A stretch of 64,000 bases of DNA from Eubacteriales bacterium (GCA_045543955.1 JAZPYB010000009.1:1420-65419), one strand, 5' to 3'. Positions 25,569 to 37,758 are shown, numbered from the stretch's first letter. Made by a program: numbers and translations. Notes: generated from the letters alone by a model not told the origin.

Positions 25569-26126
25569 TTACGCCTTTACAGTACCATCGGCATTGAAGA
25601 GTGGTAGCTCCTCAATATAATATAAATCGTCACGGTCAATAGCATCGCCCTCGGCTAAAATACACATTCTGCCAACAACATTGCCACCCGCCTTTTCAAC
25701 AAGCGCCTCAAGCGCCTTCAATGACTCGCCGGTTGAAATAACGTCATCGATAATAAGCACTCTTTTGCCGTTCATAAGCTCAGCGTCCTTGCCGTCAAGG
25801 TATAGAGTTTGCTCCTTTTCAGTTGTGATTGACTTAACAGTTGAAGAAAGGATGTTGGTCATATAAAGCTTTGGACCTTTTCTTGCAAGCATATATTTTT
25901 GATTGCCCTTAATTCTTGCCATTTCGTGAATTAGCGGAATGCCCTTAGCCTCAGCTGTAATCATATAATCATACTCGGGAGCGTTTTCAAGAAGCTTGTT
26001 TGCACAAGCGGTTGTAAGCTCTGGGTCGCCGAAAATAACAAATCCTGCTATGTAAAGGTCATCGGTAACTCGGCAAATAGGCAAAGCTCTTTCAAGCCCT
26101 GCAATGTTCATTTTATAGTATTTCAT
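25569..26126 (-). CDS. phosphoribosyltransferase family protein (purine PRTase-like)
   Basis: PRPP-binding loop VLIIDDVISTGESL. Confidence 0.75.
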   Translation of the reverse strand: MKYYKMNIAGLERALPICRVTDDLYIAGFVIFGDPELTTACANKLLENAPEYDYMITAEAKGIPLIHEMARIKGNQKYMLARKGPKLYMTNILSSTVKSITTEKEQTLYLDGKDAELMNGKRVLIIDDVISTGESLKALEALVEKAGGNVVGRMCILAEGDAIDRDDLYYIEELPLFNADGTVKA

Positions 26127-26136
26127 TTTGCGCCTC

Positions 26137-27420
26137 TTATTTCTTAGTTATAATTGTGTTTCCACCCATATATGGTTGGAGAGCAACTGGAATATTGATA
26201 GAGCCATCAGCGTTCATATTGTTTTCTAGGAAAGCAATAAGCATACGAGGAGGCGCTACAACTGTATTATTTAGTGTATGCGCGAAATATTTACCGTCCT
26301 TGCCGTTAACTCTTATGCGTAGTCTACGCGCTTGAGCATCGCCAAGGTTAGAGCAAGAGCCGACCTCAAAGTATTTCTTTTGTCTTGGAGACCAAGCCTC
26401 AACGTCGATTGACTTAACCTTTAAGTCTGCTAAATCTCCTGAGCAGCACTCAAGGGTTCTAACAGGAATATCAAGGGTTCTAAAGAGGTCAACTGTGTTT
26501 TGCCATAGCTTGTCAAACCAAACAGGGCTCTCCTCAGGCTTGCAAACAACAATCATCTCTTGCTTTTCGAATTGGTGAATTCTATAAACACCGCGCTCCT
26601 CAATACCGTGAGCGCCCTTTTCCTTACGGAAGCAAGGAGAATATGAGGTCAATGTGTGTGGGAGGCTTTCCTCTGGGAGAATAGTATCAATAAACTTACC
26701 AATCATAGAGTGCTCACTAGTACCAATGAGGTAAAGGTCCTCGCCCTCTATTTTATACATCATTGCATCCATTTCAGCAAATGACATAACACCAGTAACG
26801 ACCTCGCTTCTAATCATAAAAGGAGGAATGCAATAGGTAAAGCCACGATTAATCATAAAATCACGTGCGTATGAAATTATAGCAGAGTGGAGTCTTGCAA
26901 TATCGCCCATAAGATAGTAGAAGCCGTTACCAGCAACCTTTCTTGCGCTTTCCAGGTCAAGACCATTTAAATTTTCCATAATTTCTGCGTGATATGGAAT
27001 ATCAAAATCAGGAACTAAAGGCTCACCATATCTTTGAACCTCAACGTTTTCGGAGTCATCCTTGCCGATTGGAACAGATGGGTCGATGATGTTAGGAATA
27101 ACCATCATAATGCCCTTGATTTTTTCTAGATATTCTTCCTCGAGCTTTTCAAGCTCAGCTAAGCGTAAAGCATTGGCAGCAACCTGCTTTTTAACCTCCT
27201 CGGCCTCATCGCGCTTGCCTTGACCCATAAGCATACCAATTTGCTTTGATAGCTTGTTTCTGCCACCACGAAGAGTATCAGCCTCGTTTTTATATGCACG
27301 ATATTCAGCATCGAGCTTAATAACCTCGTCAACTAAATGAAGCTTTGAGTCTTGAAATTTATTTTTGATGTTTTGTTTAACAATTTCTGGATTTTCTCTT
27401 AAAAATTTGATGTCTAGCAT
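26137..27420 (-). CDS. serS: serine--tRNA ligase
   Basis: N-terminal coiled-coil arm plus class II core. 427 aa, full-length SerS pattern. Confidence 0.95.
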   Translation of the reverse strand: MLDIKFLRENPEIVKQNIKNKFQDSKLHLVDEVIKLDAEYRAYKNEADTLRGGRNKLSKQIGMLMGQGKRDEAEEVKKQVAANALRLAELEKLEEEYLEKIKGIMMVIPNIIDPSVPIGKDDSENVEVQRYGEPLVPDFDIPYHAEIMENLNGLDLESARKVAGNGFYYLMGDIARLHSAIISYARDFMINRGFTYCIPPFMIRSEVVTGVMSFAEMDAMMYKIEGEDLYLIGTSEHSMIGKFIDTILPEESLPHTLTSYSPCFRKEKGAHGIEERGVYRIHQFEKQEMIVVCKPEESPVWFDKLWQNTVDLFRTLDIPVRTLECCSGDLADLKVKSIDVEAWSPRQKKYFEVGSCSNLGDAQARRLRIRVNGKDGKYFAHTLNNTVVAPPRMLIAFLENNMNADGSINIPVALQPYMGGNTIITKK

Positions 27421-27454
27421 ATTTTTCTCCTATATAATGCACGTAATTAATAAA

Positions 27455-27483
27455 ATTATAGCACTAAAAAGCACGGGTGTCAA
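27455..27483 (-). promoter_or_regulatory. sigma-A type promoter of serS
   Basis: Minus strand reads TTGACA, 17 nt, TGC-TATAAT. The leader is only ~30 nt. Confidence 0.6.
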
Positions 27484-27565
27484 GTAATAATTATTGCTTC
27501 TGTTGCATAAGTTATACACAACAGGTGGCAAATGCCATTAATCGAAAATAATAAGGAGAAGGAAT

Positions 27566-29104
27566 ATGGAAAATTCTAGCCAAGAGAGAAAAGAGGGTCA
27601 AATATTATTGGGTATTTCGGACGACACAACCATAAATCACGAGGTAAGTGAGGAATTTTCCTTGCCTGATTATGTGCCGGAGATAAGAAAGCTTTTAATG
27701 ACACGTGCACAGGTATTACCCGAGAGCAAATATATATCAAACAACACAAACCCACCAACAATGGAGCTCGGTGGCACGGTTACATACTCTATAATCTACA
27801 CAAGTGAGGGTGGAGAATTATGTGCACTTCCGTTAAATAGCTCATACGAAGCAAAAGCACCTATTTTAGCTAATGGAACGGTGTTTATTGATACAAGCGT
27901 TGAAAATTGTCAATCTAGAGTAACAGCTCCGAGAAAGCTAACAATAAAAACTAAGCTAAAAAGCAGAGTATTAGGCTTCCAGGAAAATAATCTAGAAGAA
28001 AATATTTCTCCAAGATCCAGTGCTGACGAGATGTTTATTGAAAGAAAAACAGAGGAGAGAAAATCTATAAGTGTAATGCCGATAAGCTTGCAAAACATCC
28101 GAATGAATGATAGATTTGATATTTCTGGTCTTGAAATGGTAAAGCCGATTTGGTGTGATGCTTCGATAATTCTTAGCGATGTCAAGATGCAAAATGGTTC
28201 AGTTAGCGTTCGTGGCGATGTTACTGTGAAATGCTTGTGCACAACATCCTCGGGAGAAAAAACTATAACAAAAACAATTCCGCTCGTTGAGGAAATTGAA
28301 GCCGAGGGTGCATCAATTGATGACTATGTAATGGTAATTCCAAGATGCGTTTCACTTTCAATATCAAATTCTGAAAATGGAGAAAGCAAGGAGCTATTCT
28401 TCGATTTGGTTTGTGAGCTTGAGGGAGAGGTTTTGAGAAACGTAGATGTAGAATTGACAAGGGATGCATATTCAACAAAAAATGAAACGCAGGCAAGCTA
28501 CAAGGAAATTGATTTATATAGAGGAGTAAAAGGGCAGAATGCTTCCTTTACAGTTAGTGAGGCTCTTGTAAGAGAAAAGGATGGAATTTCCAAAATTATA
28601 GAGCTAATTGCCGACCCTGTGTACGAAAAAACGGAAATCAAGGGCGCAAAGGCTAACCTAATCGGCAAGCTTTTAGTACATGTGATAGGCACTAGTGAGC
28701 CAAACGAGGATGGTGTTAGTGAATACTTACACGAGGACTATGAAATTCCGATTAAATATGAAACAGATATTGGAAAAACAAATGGGGAAATAATAACTCG
28801 CGCAGAGTTTAGCCTAGGCAATTTAAATGCAAGATATGACAATGAGCGTTTCTATGTAACAGCCGAGGTATTCCCATCATTTACAATGTATGAAAAAACG
28901 AGAGAAGAGGTGCTAGATAAGGCAGTTATCAAAAGAGATGTGGAGTTTAAGAGGGATTTGTCCTCGGTTAAGGTGTGCTTCCCACACGAAAATGAATCTC
29001 TTTGGGACATAGCAAAAAAATACCATATATCAGCATCAAAATTAGCTGAACAAAATGGAATTTCAGTCGATGCACCGTTGAATGTTAAGAGCTTGATTAT
29101 TTGA
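27566..29104 (+). CDS. DUF3794-repeat protein with C-terminal LysM domain (possible spore-coat/SipL-like)
   Basis: LPDYVPEIRKLL motif typical of DUF3794. The last ~45 aa (LWDIAKKYHISASKLAEQNGI) form a LysM domain. Confidence 0.6.
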   Translation: MENSSQERKEGQILLGISDDTTINHEVSEEFSLPDYVPEIRKLLMTRAQVLPESKYISNNTNPPTMELGGTVTYSIIYTSEGGELCALPLNSSYEAKAPILANGTVFIDTSVENCQSRVTAPRKLTIKTKLKSRVLGFQENNLEENISPRSSADEMFIERKTEERKSISVMPISLQNIRMNDRFDISGLEMVKPIWCDASIILSDVKMQNGSVSVRGDVTVKCLCTTSSGEKTITKTIPLVEEIEAEGASIDDYVMVIPRCVSLSISNSENGESKELFFDLVCELEGEVLRNVDVELTRDAYSTKNETQASYKEIDLYRGVKGQNASFTVSEALVREKDGISKIIELIADPVYEKTEIKGAKANLIGKLLVHVIGTSEPNEDGVSEYLHEDYEIPIKYETDIGKTNGEIITRAEFSLGNLNARYDNERFYVTAEVFPSFTMYEKTREEVLDKAVIKRDVEFKRDLSSVKVCFPHENESLWDIAKKYHISASKLAEQNGISVDAPLNVKSLII

Positions 29105-29183
29105 GCATAAATATTAAAAAATAGAGACTGGGTGAAGAATTTTTAGAAATTGCTTGGCTAGCGTGCGATTAAATATAAAAAAA

Positions 29184-29210
29184 GGAACAGATTTTGTCTG
29201 TTCCTTTTTT
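29184..29210. terminator. bidirectional intrinsic terminator
   Basis: GGAACAGA-TTTT-GTCTGTTCC with A7 and T6 flanks. Confidence 0.75.
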
Positions 29211-29212
29211 AG

Positions 29213-32047
29213 TTAATCCTTATAATCGTTTAATGCCTTTTTTACATATTTTCCAGTGTATGAATTAGGGTTCTTTGCAACCTCCTCGGGAGTGCCTGTC
29301 GCAACAACAGTACCACCATTATCGCCACCCTCAGGTCCTAGGTCAATAATGTAGTCAGCAGTCTTTAAAATATCAAGGTTATGCTCGATAACTATTATCC
29401 TGTTTCCGGCATCAACCAGTCTTTGTAAAACATAAATTAGCTTTTTTACATCATCTGTGTGAAGTCCTGTTGTTGGCTCGTCAAGAATGTAAATTGTTTT
29501 ACCAGTTGAACGCTTCGAAAGCTCGGTTGCAAGCTTAACTCTTTGTGCCTCGCCACCCGATAAGGTAGTTGAGGACTGACCAATTTTAACATAACCAAGA
29601 CCAACATCACAAATTGTTTGGAGCTTTTTAGAAATAGATGGTATTTCGCTAAAGAAGATAGCACCCTCCTCGGCGGTCATTTCAAGCACATCTGATATGT
29701 TTTTTCCCTTGAATTTAACCTCTAAGGTATCTTTGTTATAGCGCTTGCCCTTACATACATCGCATTTAACATAAACGTCAGGTAAGAAGTGCATTTCTAT
29801 CTTTTTAACACCATCGCCCTCACAGGACTCACATCTGCCACCCTTAACATTAAAGGAAAATCTACCAGGACCAAATGAACGCATTTTTGCATCTGGAGTT
29901 TTTGCAAACAAATCGCGTATTTCTGCAAAAAGACCCGTATAAGTGGCTGGATTTGACCTTGGAGTGCGTCCGATAGGTGACTGGTCTATAGCTATTACCT
30001 TGTCAAGATTTTCGTAGCCCTCAATCCTGTCGCATTTGCCGGGATATGTGATTGCGCGATTTAATTTTCTTGCAAGATTTTGCAAAAGGATTTTGTTAAT
30101 TAGTGAGGATTTTCCCGAGCCAGAAACACCACTTACAGCAACAAAACAGCCTAGTGGGATTTCGACGTCGATATTCTTAAGATTATTTTCTCTGGCACCG
30201 TAAATTTTCAAAAAATCTCCGTTGCCCTTGCGCCTTACCTTTGGAATTTCTATCTTTTTTCTACCGCTTAAATATGCACCAGTTATGGAATTTTGGTTTT
30301 TCATAACCTCGCTGGGGGTTCCTGCAGCAACAACCTCGCCGCCGTGAACACCAGCCCCTGGACCAATATCTATGATATAGTCAGACTCAAGCATTGTTTC
30401 CTCGTCATGCTCAACAACTATAACGCTATTTCCGACATCGCGCAGACTTTTTAGCGTGTTAATTAGCTTTGAATTATCGCGCTGGTGAAGTCCAATTGAT
30501 GGCTCGTCAAGAATATATAAAACGCCAACAAGCGATGAGCCGATTTGAGTAGCAAGACGTATTCTTTGCGCCTCACCACCAGATAAAGTCGCGCTTTTTC
30601 TTGCAAGAGTTAAGTATTCAAGACCGACACTCTTCATAAAGCCAAGACGAGCCTTAACCTCTTTTAAAATTTCCTTTGCAATCTCCGCTTTTCCGCCCTC
30701 AAATTTTAAATTTTCAACAAAATCTAGGGCGTGGGTAACTGACATACGGCAAAATTCGTCAATGTTTTTGCCACCTATCTTAACAGATAGCGCTTGCTTA
30801 TTTAGTCTTTGACCATTACAAACAGGACACGGAGTTTCCTCAATAAATTGCTCATAGTATTCATTGCCCATCATAGCCATTCTTTGCTCAATGGTTTTAA
30901 TTACGCCCTCAAATTTTACTGTTTGGCGTTTGTGTTGCTTTGCAAAATACCTGTCAACTGTGTAATATTCGTCGCCCGTGCCGTATAAAATCGCGTTCAA
31001 TTGCTCCTTTGAAAAGTCCTTAATAGGAGTGTCAAGCGAAACACCAATTTTTTCACAAACTGCGGCAAAAAGTGGACCAGTCCAGCTCTCCTTGTCAATG
31101 GTTTTAAAGCCATTAACCTGAATTGCGCCCTCTGATAGAGAAAGGGTGTAGTCAGGAATAATCTTGTCAGGGGAAATATTTCTCATCTCGCCAATGCCTA
31201 GGCAATGTGGACAAGCACCAAATGGATTATTGAACGAGAATGAGCGTGGCTCAAGCTCACCAAAGCTAATGCCGTGTTCCTCACAAGCATAGTTGGTGGA
31301 AAACTCGTAAAGCTTTCCATCACCCTCTTTAGGCATTGTCAAAATATTAACCTTGCCATCACTTGCGTGTAAAGCACTTTCAACAGAGTCGGCAAGACGT
31401 GGACGTAAGCCGTCCTTCATAACTAGACGGTCAATAACTATATCAATATTGTGCTTTTTTGTAAGCTCAAGCTCAATATCCTCGCTTAAATCATAGGTAA
31501 CACCATCAACAAAAAGTCTGCCATAGCCGTTTTTACGTGCATCGGCAATAACCTTTTCGTGGCGTCCCTTTTTACCACGAACAACGGGAGCTAAAACCAA
31601 AAATCTTTCTCCCTCGCCAAGAGTGAGAATTTTATCAATTATTTGGTCAACGCTCTGTTGTTCAATTTCCTTGCCACAAACAGGGCAATGAACAGTACCC
31701 AAGCGAGCATAGAGAAGTCTTAAATAATCATAAATCTCGGTAACTGTACCAACAGTTGAGCGAGGATTTTTAGATGTGGTTTTTTGGTCAATTGATATAG
31801 CAGGAGAAAGCCCCTCAATTGTGTCAACATCTGGCTTGTCAAGCTGACCTAAAAACTGACGAGCATATGAAGAGAGCGACTCAACAAATCGCCTGTGCCC
31901 CTCAGCATATATTGTGTCGAATGCAAGAGAAGATTTACCAGAGCCTGAAAGACCTGTCAAAATAACGAGCTTATCACGTGGGATTGTAACATCGATATTT
32001 TTTAAATTGTTTACTCTTGCGCCTTTGATTTCTATTTTATCCTTCAT
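29213..32047 (-). CDS. uvrA: excinuclease ABC subunit A
   Basis: 944 aa, two ABC ATPase modules ([18 protein letters not shown]) and zinc fingers. Confidence 0.97.
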   Translation of the reverse strand: MKDKIEIKGARVNNLKNIDVTIPRDKLVILTGLSGSGKSSLAFDTIYAEGHRRFVESLSSYARQFLGQLDKPDVDTIEGLSPAISIDQKTTSKNPRSTVGTVTEIYDYLRLLYARLGTVHCPVCGKEIEQQSVDQIIDKILTLGEGERFLVLAPVVRGKKGRHEKVIADARKNGYGRLFVDGVTYDLSEDIELELTKKHNIDIVIDRLVMKDGLRPRLADSVESALHASDGKVNILTMPKEGDGKLYEFSTNYACEEHGISFGELEPRSFSFNNPFGACPHCLGIGEMRNISPDKIIPDYTLSLSEGAIQVNGFKTIDKESWTGPLFAAVCEKIGVSLDTPIKDFSKEQLNAILYGTGDEYYTVDRYFAKQHKRQTVKFEGVIKTIEQRMAMMGNEYYEQFIEETPCPVCNGQRLNKQALSVKIGGKNIDEFCRMSVTHALDFVENLKFEGGKAEIAKEILKEVKARLGFMKSVGLEYLTLARKSATLSGGEAQRIRLATQIGSSLVGVLYILDEPSIGLHQRDNSKLINTLKSLRDVGNSVIVVEHDEETMLESDYIIDIGPGAGVHGGEVVAAGTPSEVMKNQNSITGAYLSGRKKIEIPKVRRKGNGDFLKIYGARENNLKNIDVEIPLGCFVAVSGVSGSGKSSLINKILLQNLARKLNRAITYPGKCDRIEGYENLDKVIAIDQSPIGRTPRSNPATYTGLFAEIRDLFAKTPDAKMRSFGPGRFSFNVKGGRCESCEGDGVKKIEMHFLPDVYVKCDVCKGKRYNKDTLEVKFKGKNISDVLEMTAEEGAIFFSEIPSISKKLQTICDVGLGYVKIGQSSTTLSGGEAQRVKLATELSKRSTGKTIYILDEPTTGLHTDDVKKLIYVLQRLVDAGNRIIVIEHNLDILKTADYIIDLGPEGGDNGGTVVATGTPEEVAKNPNSYTGKYVKKALNDYKD

Positions 32048-32058
32048 TTTTTCTATCT

Positions 32059-34014
32059 TTACTTCTTTGTAATCCTTAATTCTTTGATTTGGTCGCGTAA
32101 GTATGCCGCTTTTTCAAATTCCAATTTAGCTGAAGCTGAGCGCATTTCCTTAGTAAGCTCGGCAATTAGCTTTTCCTTGTCTTCGCGCGACATCTTTGCC
32201 TTTGTCTTTTCTGTCTTTTTGCCAAGGTCAATAATATCGTACACACCCTTGATAATAGTCTTTGGCACAATACCATTTTCCTCGTTATATTTCATTTGAA
32301 TTTCACGGCGACGGTCAGTTTCACTAATCGCACTTTTCATTGAGCGAGTGATAGTGTCAGCGTACATAATAACCTTACCCTCGGCATTTCTTGCAGCACG
32401 TCCGATTGTTTGAATTAGCGAGGTCTCAGAGTGGAAAAGCCCCTCTTTGTCCGCATCAAGGATAGCAACAAGTGAAACCTCGGGAATGTCAAGTCCCTCG
32501 CGAAGCAGGTTAATGCCCACAAGAGCATCAAACTCACCAAGACGTAAGCTCCTTATGATTTCCATTCTTTCAAGGGTGTCAACATTGTGGTGAATGTACT
32601 TTGCCTTTAAGTCGTTAGCATTTAAAAAGTCAGTCAAATCCTCTGCCATTTTGGTTGTAAGAGTAGTAACAAGCACTCTTTCTCCCTTTTCGGCGCGGAT
32701 TTTTATTTCGCCCATTACGTCATCAACCTGAGAGGCAATAGGACGAATTTCAATGGTCGGGTCAACAAGTCCCGTTGGGCGAATAAGCTGCTCGGCAAAC
32801 GAGGACGAGTTTTGCTTTTCAAATTCCGCTGGAGTAGCTGACACAAATATAGTTTGGTTTAATTTTGATAAAAATTCTTCAAAGTTCAAGGGTCTGTTAT
32901 CGTAAGCAGAGGGAAGACGGAAGCCAAAATCAATAAGATTTCTTTTTCTTGCTAAGTCGCCGCCACTCATACCCCTAATCTGAGGAACTGAAACGTGGCT
33001 CTCGTCAATAAACATAATATAATCCTCTGGGAAATAATCGAGCAGAGTATAAGGTGTTGAGCCGGGAGCACGACCCGAAAGAATGCGTGAATAGTTTTCA
33101 ACACCAGAGCAAAAGCCTATTTCACGTAGCATTTCTATATCGTATTTTGTTCTTTCTTCAATTCTTTGCGCCTCAAGTAGCTTGTTTTGAGACTTGAAAA
33201 ACTCAACCCTTTCTACCATTTCTGCGTAAATCTCTGCAAGTGCAGCCTCGCGCTTTTCGTCAGAAACAACATAGTGGTTGGCAGGGAAAATAGCCGTGTA
33301 GGAAAGGTGTCTTAAAACCTCACCGGTTAGAGTATTTATCTCGCAAAGCTTGTCAACCTCATCGCCAAAAAACTCAACTCTAATCGCCTTCTCGCTTGAC
33401 GAGGATGGGAAAATTTCAACCACGTCCCCGCGAATTCTAAACTTATTACGCACAAAATTGACATCATTTCTTTCATAGCTAAGAGTAATTAGCTTTCTTA
33501 CAAGTGTATCACGCGATAGAGTCATTCCCTCGCGTAAATCTATGAGCATATTGTGGTATTCATTTGGGTCGCCAAGGGAGTAAATGCAAGAAACACTCGC
33601 AACAATAATTACATCTCGCCTCTCAAAAAGTGCACTAGTCGCACTATGGCGAAGCTTGTCAATCTCCTCGTTTACTAAGGCATCCTTTTCAATATACATA
33701 TCCTTACCAGGAATATATGCCTCAGGCTGATAATAGTCATAGTAGGAAACAAAATATTCAACCGCTGAGTCGGGAAAAAGCTCTTTCATCTCAGAGCAAA
33801 CCTGAGCCGCAAGAGTCTTGTTTGGCTCTAAAATAATGGTTGGACGGTTTAAATTTTTAATTACATTAGCCATAGTAAAGGTCTTACCCGAGCCAGTAAC
33901 ACCAAGTAGTGTTTGCATTTTTTCGCCTCGCAAAATGCCATCAGTAAGCTTTTTTATCGCGCTTGGCTGGTCGCCCGTTGGCTTATAATCGCTCTTTAAA
34001 ACAAATCCGATCAT
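32059..34014 (-). CDS. uvrB: excinuclease ABC subunit B
   Basis: GVTGSGKT helicase motif I, beta-hairpin region, C-terminal UVR domain. Confidence 0.97.
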   Translation of the reverse strand: MIGFVLKSDYKPTGDQPSAIKKLTDGILRGEKMQTLLGVTGSGKTFTMANVIKNLNRPTIILEPNKTLAAQVCSEMKELFPDSAVEYFVSYYDYYQPEAYIPGKDMYIEKDALVNEEIDKLRHSATSALFERRDVIIVASVSCIYSLGDPNEYHNMLIDLREGMTLSRDTLVRKLITLSYERNDVNFVRNKFRIRGDVVEIFPSSSSEKAIRVEFFGDEVDKLCEINTLTGEVLRHLSYTAIFPANHYVVSDEKREAALAEIYAEMVERVEFFKSQNKLLEAQRIEERTKYDIEMLREIGFCSGVENYSRILSGRAPGSTPYTLLDYFPEDYIMFIDESHVSVPQIRGMSGGDLARKRNLIDFGFRLPSAYDNRPLNFEEFLSKLNQTIFVSATPAEFEKQNSSSFAEQLIRPTGLVDPTIEIRPIASQVDDVMGEIKIRAEKGERVLVTTLTTKMAEDLTDFLNANDLKAKYIHHNVDTLERMEIIRSLRLGEFDALVGINLLREGLDIPEVSLVAILDADKEGLFHSETSLIQTIGRAARNAEGKVIMYADTITRSMKSAISETDRRREIQMKYNEENGIVPKTIIKGVYDIIDLGKKTEKTKAKMSREDKEKLIAELTKEMRSASAKLEFEKAAYLRDQIKELRITKK

Positions 34015-34112
34015 TTTATCTCCTTTCTAAAATCAACAATTATTGTGTACTTATTTTATCATATATAATTTTAAAAGTAAACAAGAAATAGATAGAAATT
34101 TTGCACTTTTTT

Positions 34113-34142
34113 TCATAAAAAAACGGGCAATTTCGCCCGTTT
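34113..34142 (-). terminator. intrinsic terminator after hslO
   Basis: ACGGGC-GAAATT-GCCCGT followed by T7 on the minus strand. Confidence 0.65.
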
Positions 34143-34147
34143 AATTA

Positions 34148-35029
34148 TTAGTCAAAAAGCTTGTCAACATCGGTTTTATCAAACCTGTAGGTCTTATCAC
34201 AGAAATGACAGGAAAGCTCAATATAATCCTTGCCATCAGACTTTTGCTCGTCCAAAATCTTGTATGCTTCTGATTTGCCAATTGAAATAAGCGCTCTTTC
34301 TGTACGCTCGCGTGAGCAGTTACACTTGTAGTCAACTTCTAATTCATCGAAAATATCAAATTCAATGTTTGTAAGCGCAACATTTAAAATTTCCTCGTTT
34401 GTCATACCCTTGTCAAACATTGAGGAAACATTATTTAAAAGTGGAGCATTCTTTTCAAGCTGAGAAATAACCTCTTCGTCAGCAAAAGGTAAAAGCTGAA
34501 CCATAACACCACCGGAGGCGCGACAGGAAAAGTCGGTGTCAACCAAAACACCAAGTGCGCAAAGGGTAGGCGTTTGTTCACTTACTGCATAATATTCAGT
34601 GATATCCTCGGCAACCTCTCCCGAAACTAATTCAATGTTTCCGTTGAATGGAACCTCGTCACCAACATCCTTAGAAACGGAGAGAATTCCCCCACCAACA
34701 ATACCGGAAACATCAAGCTTTCCATTTGGCTTTGGTGGCAAATCCGCATTAGGATTTTGAATATAGCCTTTAACATTTCCCCAGTAGTCAGCTGTGCATA
34801 GTGTTGTTCCTGCAATACCATTACCACGAATTGCAACAGTTAATGTGCATCCGTCCTCAGGGAGCATAGTTCCCATAATGCTGGAGGCAGTTAAAAGTCT
34901 GCCTAAAAGGGCAGTTGCAGTTGGAACAGTTTTGTGGTAGGAAATTGCCTTATTTACTATATCAGTAGAGTTAATTACATAAGCACGGGCACTGCCATCC
35001 CTTGTCATTGCGCGTAAAATTTTAGACAT
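34148..35029 (-). CDS. hslO: Hsp33 family redox-regulated chaperone
   Basis: C-terminal zinc centre CNCS ... CHFC. 293 aa. Confidence 0.9.
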   Translation of the reverse strand: MSKILRAMTRDGSARAYVINSTDIVNKAISYHKTVPTATALLGRLLTASSIMGTMLPEDGCTLTVAIRGNGIAGTTLCTADYWGNVKGYIQNPNADLPPKPNGKLDVSGIVGGGILSVSKDVGDEVPFNGNIELVSGEVAEDITEYYAVSEQTPTLCALGVLVDTDFSCRASGGVMVQLLPFADEEVISQLEKNAPLLNNVSSMFDKGMTNEEILNVALTNIEFDIFDELEVDYKCNCSRERTERALISIGKSEAYKILDEQKSDGKDYIELSCHFCDKTYRFDKTDVDKLFD

Positions 35030-35043
35030 ATAAACCTCTTTTA

Positions 35044-35799
35044 TTATTTTTTACATCTCGCTACATAATACCATTTTTCATCAGTATCAGTAGCTTCTTT
35101 TTTATTAATATCGCCATAAACGGCTAAAATTTCAAAGCCACTCTCTAAAAGAGCATTCTCAATTTGCTTTTTTGAGTAGCATTTTTCTCTTTGAACCTCG
35201 TCAAAGCGCTCGTATAAGCCATTTTTGTTTTCCATAAAAATACTTAAATAGAAAGAGCAAATTTTGGTCTTGTCGTTATACTCATTTTGCCAAGCACAAA
35301 GAGAACCTTCATTTTCCAAAATGTAGTCATTGCTTGCATAAATTTCCTTGAATCTATAGGGGGTATTTATGTCAAAAACGAACACTCCCTCGGGGATTAG
35401 ATAGTTGTGAACAAGCGAAAAGCATTTTTTTACATCACTAATCTTTGTTAGATAATTTATGCTATCAAGCGTACAAACACAGGCGTCAACCGTACCATAC
35501 AATTCAAACTCTGTCATATCTTGACAAAGGAATAAAACATCATTTATATTGTTTTTGTATGCGTATTTGTGCGCTTGTGAGAGCATACCCTCACTTAAAT
35601 CCACACCGGTCATATCGTACCCGCGCTCCCTTAATTTAAAGGTGAGCTTGCCTGTGCCACACGCAAGGTCTAAAACTAAGGATGTATTTACTTTTTCGTT
35701 TTCCTTTATAGAGGAGTCTAAAAAGTCAGCTAAAGAGTCATAGTCGTAATCGTTATTTAACTGGTCATAGACATATGAAAGATTAGAATATTGCTCCAT
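35044..35799 (-). CDS. class I SAM-dependent methyltransferase
   Basis: Trimmed to MEQYSNL, which follows GGAGGAAG. Motif I VLDLACGTGKLT. Confidence 0.8.
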   Translation of the reverse strand: MEQYSNLSYVYDQLNNDYDYDSLADFLDSSIKENEKVNTSLVLDLACGTGKLTFKLRERGYDMTGVDLSEGMLSQAHKYAYKNNINDVLFLCQDMTEFELYGTVDACVCTLDSINYLTKISDVKKCFSLVHNYLIPEGVFVFDINTPYRFKEIYASNDYILENEGSLCAWQNEYNDKTKICSFYLSIFMENKNGLYERFDEVQREKCYSKKQIENALLESGFEILAVYGDINKKEATDTDEKWYYVARCKK

Positions 35800-35866
35800 A
35801 AATACTTCCTCCGTTCGATATTTTCGCAAGTATTATATCACACACGCCCAAAAAAGTAAAGCAATA

Positions 35867-37210
35867 TTATAGATATTTTTTGAAATTAGTAATATCACCA
35901 GCCCCCATTAAAAGAATTACATCGCAATTTGTTTTGTCTATTTTACCCTTTAATTCGCTAAATCCATTCAAAAGCGTACCACCACAGTCGGCGGCAAATT
36001 TTTCCTCGTCAAGTGAAAATACATTTGTTTCTCTTGCGCTAAAGGTCGGCATAATATAAAGCTCAAAGACACCGTCAAAGCTGGAGATAAATTCATTGTA
36101 CAAATAATGTGTTCTGGAATATGTGTGAGCTTGAAAAGCACAAAGTATTTTTTTATAGCCCATTTCCAAAAGCGAGGAAATCGTAGCCTTGATTTCAGTT
36201 GGATGATGGGCGTAATCTTCGAAAACAGGCAGGGAAGTGTCTGTTTTTTTAATAAATTCCAGTCTTCTTTTAACCCCCGAAAACTCACTTAACGCACAAG
36301 AAATTACAGATGGAGAAATAGAAGCTTGATGAGCTAAGGAAAAGGCGCAAAGCGCATCGTAAACAAAATGCTTACCTTTAAATTTCAAAGAACAGCCTGA
36401 TAGCCTTTTGCCCCTATAATATACATCAAATCCACATTCGGTAAGCTTAGCGCGATAGTCAGCCTCATTATCTATACCATAGCTTATTGTATTTTTTGCT
36501 TTTATTACTTTTGAGCCAATGTCATCACTGTTCACATAGACCACATCTGTCATTTCTGCTAATTTACAAAATGAATGTTGTATATCCTCTAGTGACTTAA
36601 AATAGTCTGGATGGTCGTATTCAATATTTAATATTCCCAAGCTTTTCGGTGGAAGATACAAGAACGAATCCATATATTCACAAGCCTCGTAAATGCAAAT
36701 ATCATTCTTGCCGAGCAAAATACCACCACCGTATTCCTTCATATAAGCACCACAAAAAACAGTAGGATAGCGACCTGAATACTCAAAAATTTTTGCAAGC
36801 ATTGAAACGGTTGTGCTTTTTCCGTGTGTTCCTGCAATTCCAATGCTGTTTTTGTGAGTTGAAATTATGTAACCGAGTAAATTTGCACGGGAAAGTGTCG
36901 GAATTTGGAGCTTTTTTGCCATTTGGTATTCAAAGTTGTTTTCATCAATAGCGCAGGAATAAACGACCAAGTCCATACATCTTACCCTGTCTGGTGTGGA
37001 GTAGTATTTTATCTCTGCTATTTGTTCTAATTTTTTAGTTAAAGAGGTTCTTTCTCTGTCGTAGCCGAAGATTTTTTTGCCCTTGTAGTGCATATAGGTG
37101 GCGAGTGAGCTCATGCTGACTCCACCTATGCCTATGAAGAAAATTCGCTCACTTTTTTTGAAAATTTTATCAATTTCCTCATTTGAAAAATGCGTATTTT
37201 TTATTGACAT
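35867..37210 (-). CDS. murC: UDP-N-acetylmuramate--L-alanine ligase
   Basis: Trimmed to MSIKNTHF. GIGGVSMSSLA and GTHGKSTT motifs. Confidence 0.9.
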   Translation of the reverse strand: MSIKNTHFSNEEIDKIFKKSERIFFIGIGGVSMSSLATYMHYKGKKIFGYDRERTSLTKKLEQIAEIKYYSTPDRVRCMDLVVYSCAIDENNFEYQMAKKLQIPTLSRANLLGYIISTHKNSIGIAGTHGKSTTVSMLAKIFEYSGRYPTVFCGAYMKEYGGGILLGKNDICIYEACEYMDSFLYLPPKSLGILNIEYDHPDYFKSLEDIQHSFCKLAEMTDVVYVNSDDIGSKVIKAKNTISYGIDNEADYRAKLTECGFDVYYRGKRLSGCSLKFKGKHFVYDALCAFSLAHQASISPSVISCALSEFSGVKRRLEFIKKTDTSLPVFEDYAHHPTEIKATISSLLEMGYKKILCAFQAHTYSRTHYLYNEFISSFDGVFELYIMPTFSARETNVFSLDEEKFAADCGGTLLNGFSELKGKIDKTNCDVILLMGAGDITNFKKYL

Positions 37211-37402
37211 ACGACAAAATCCCCCGTATTCTATTATAATCTTACATAGTTTCACAAAAACTACCAGTCAACTTCACAAAATTATTTCATATTGTACTAA
37301 ATTTGTTCACAATTTACTGTTATAATTTAATTGTCATTAATAAATAAGGCAATTTTTACCACGTTTGGTAATATTACCGACAATTTTAAAGGAGAATTAA
37401 AA

Positions 37403-37699
37403 ATGATTATTTCAGACATCAAAATCAGAAAGTTTTTTAACGAAGGACCAATGAAGGCTGTGGTTTCAGTTACATTTGACGGTGCTTTGGCAGTTCACGA
37501 CATTAAGGTTATTAATGCAAGGGACAAGTTCTTTATTGTAATGCCAAGCCGTAAAAATCCAGACGGAACATACAGAGATATTGTTCACCCAATCAACTCT
37601 GAGTTTAGAGCTGAGCTTGAGGGAGCAGTTATCAAGGCATATTTCGATGGTCTTGAAACAGCTGAGTTTTCTGATGTACAAGAGGAAGCAGAGGTTTAA
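37403..37699 (+). CDS. spoVG: septation protein SpoVG
   Basis: ATG follows AAAGGAGA. MIISDIKIRKF...AVVSVTFDGALAVHDIKVI is the classic SpoVG N-terminus. Confidence 0.9.
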   Translation: MIISDIKIRKFFNEGPMKAVVSVTFDGALAVHDIKVINARDKFFIVMPSRKNPDGTYRDIVHPINSEFRAELEGAVIKAYFDGLETAEFSDVQEEAEV

Positions 37700-37712
37700 T
37701 TAAAGAATTAAA

Positions 37713-37739
37713 ATGTCGGTCAAAAGCCGACATTTTTTA
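37713..37739 (+). terminator. intrinsic terminator after spoVG
   Basis: ATGTCGG-TCAAAAG-CCGACAT plus T6. Confidence 0.8.
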
Positions 37740-37758
37740 TTTTCTCTTGCCAAAAATA

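Noticed and set aside
27421-27565. T-box leaders upstream of serS, hisS and aspS
   Set aside because: The predicted promoters leave leaders of only about 30-55 nt. aspS follows hisS by 10 nt. No GGTGGTACCGCG-like T-box sequence or terminator/antiterminator pair is present.
34015-34112. LexA (Cheo-type CGAAC-N4-GTTCG) box upstream of uvrB
   Set aside because: I found no GAAC-N4-GTTC-like motif in the 130-nt upstream region, only a TTTACT, 17 nt, TAAAAT promoter.
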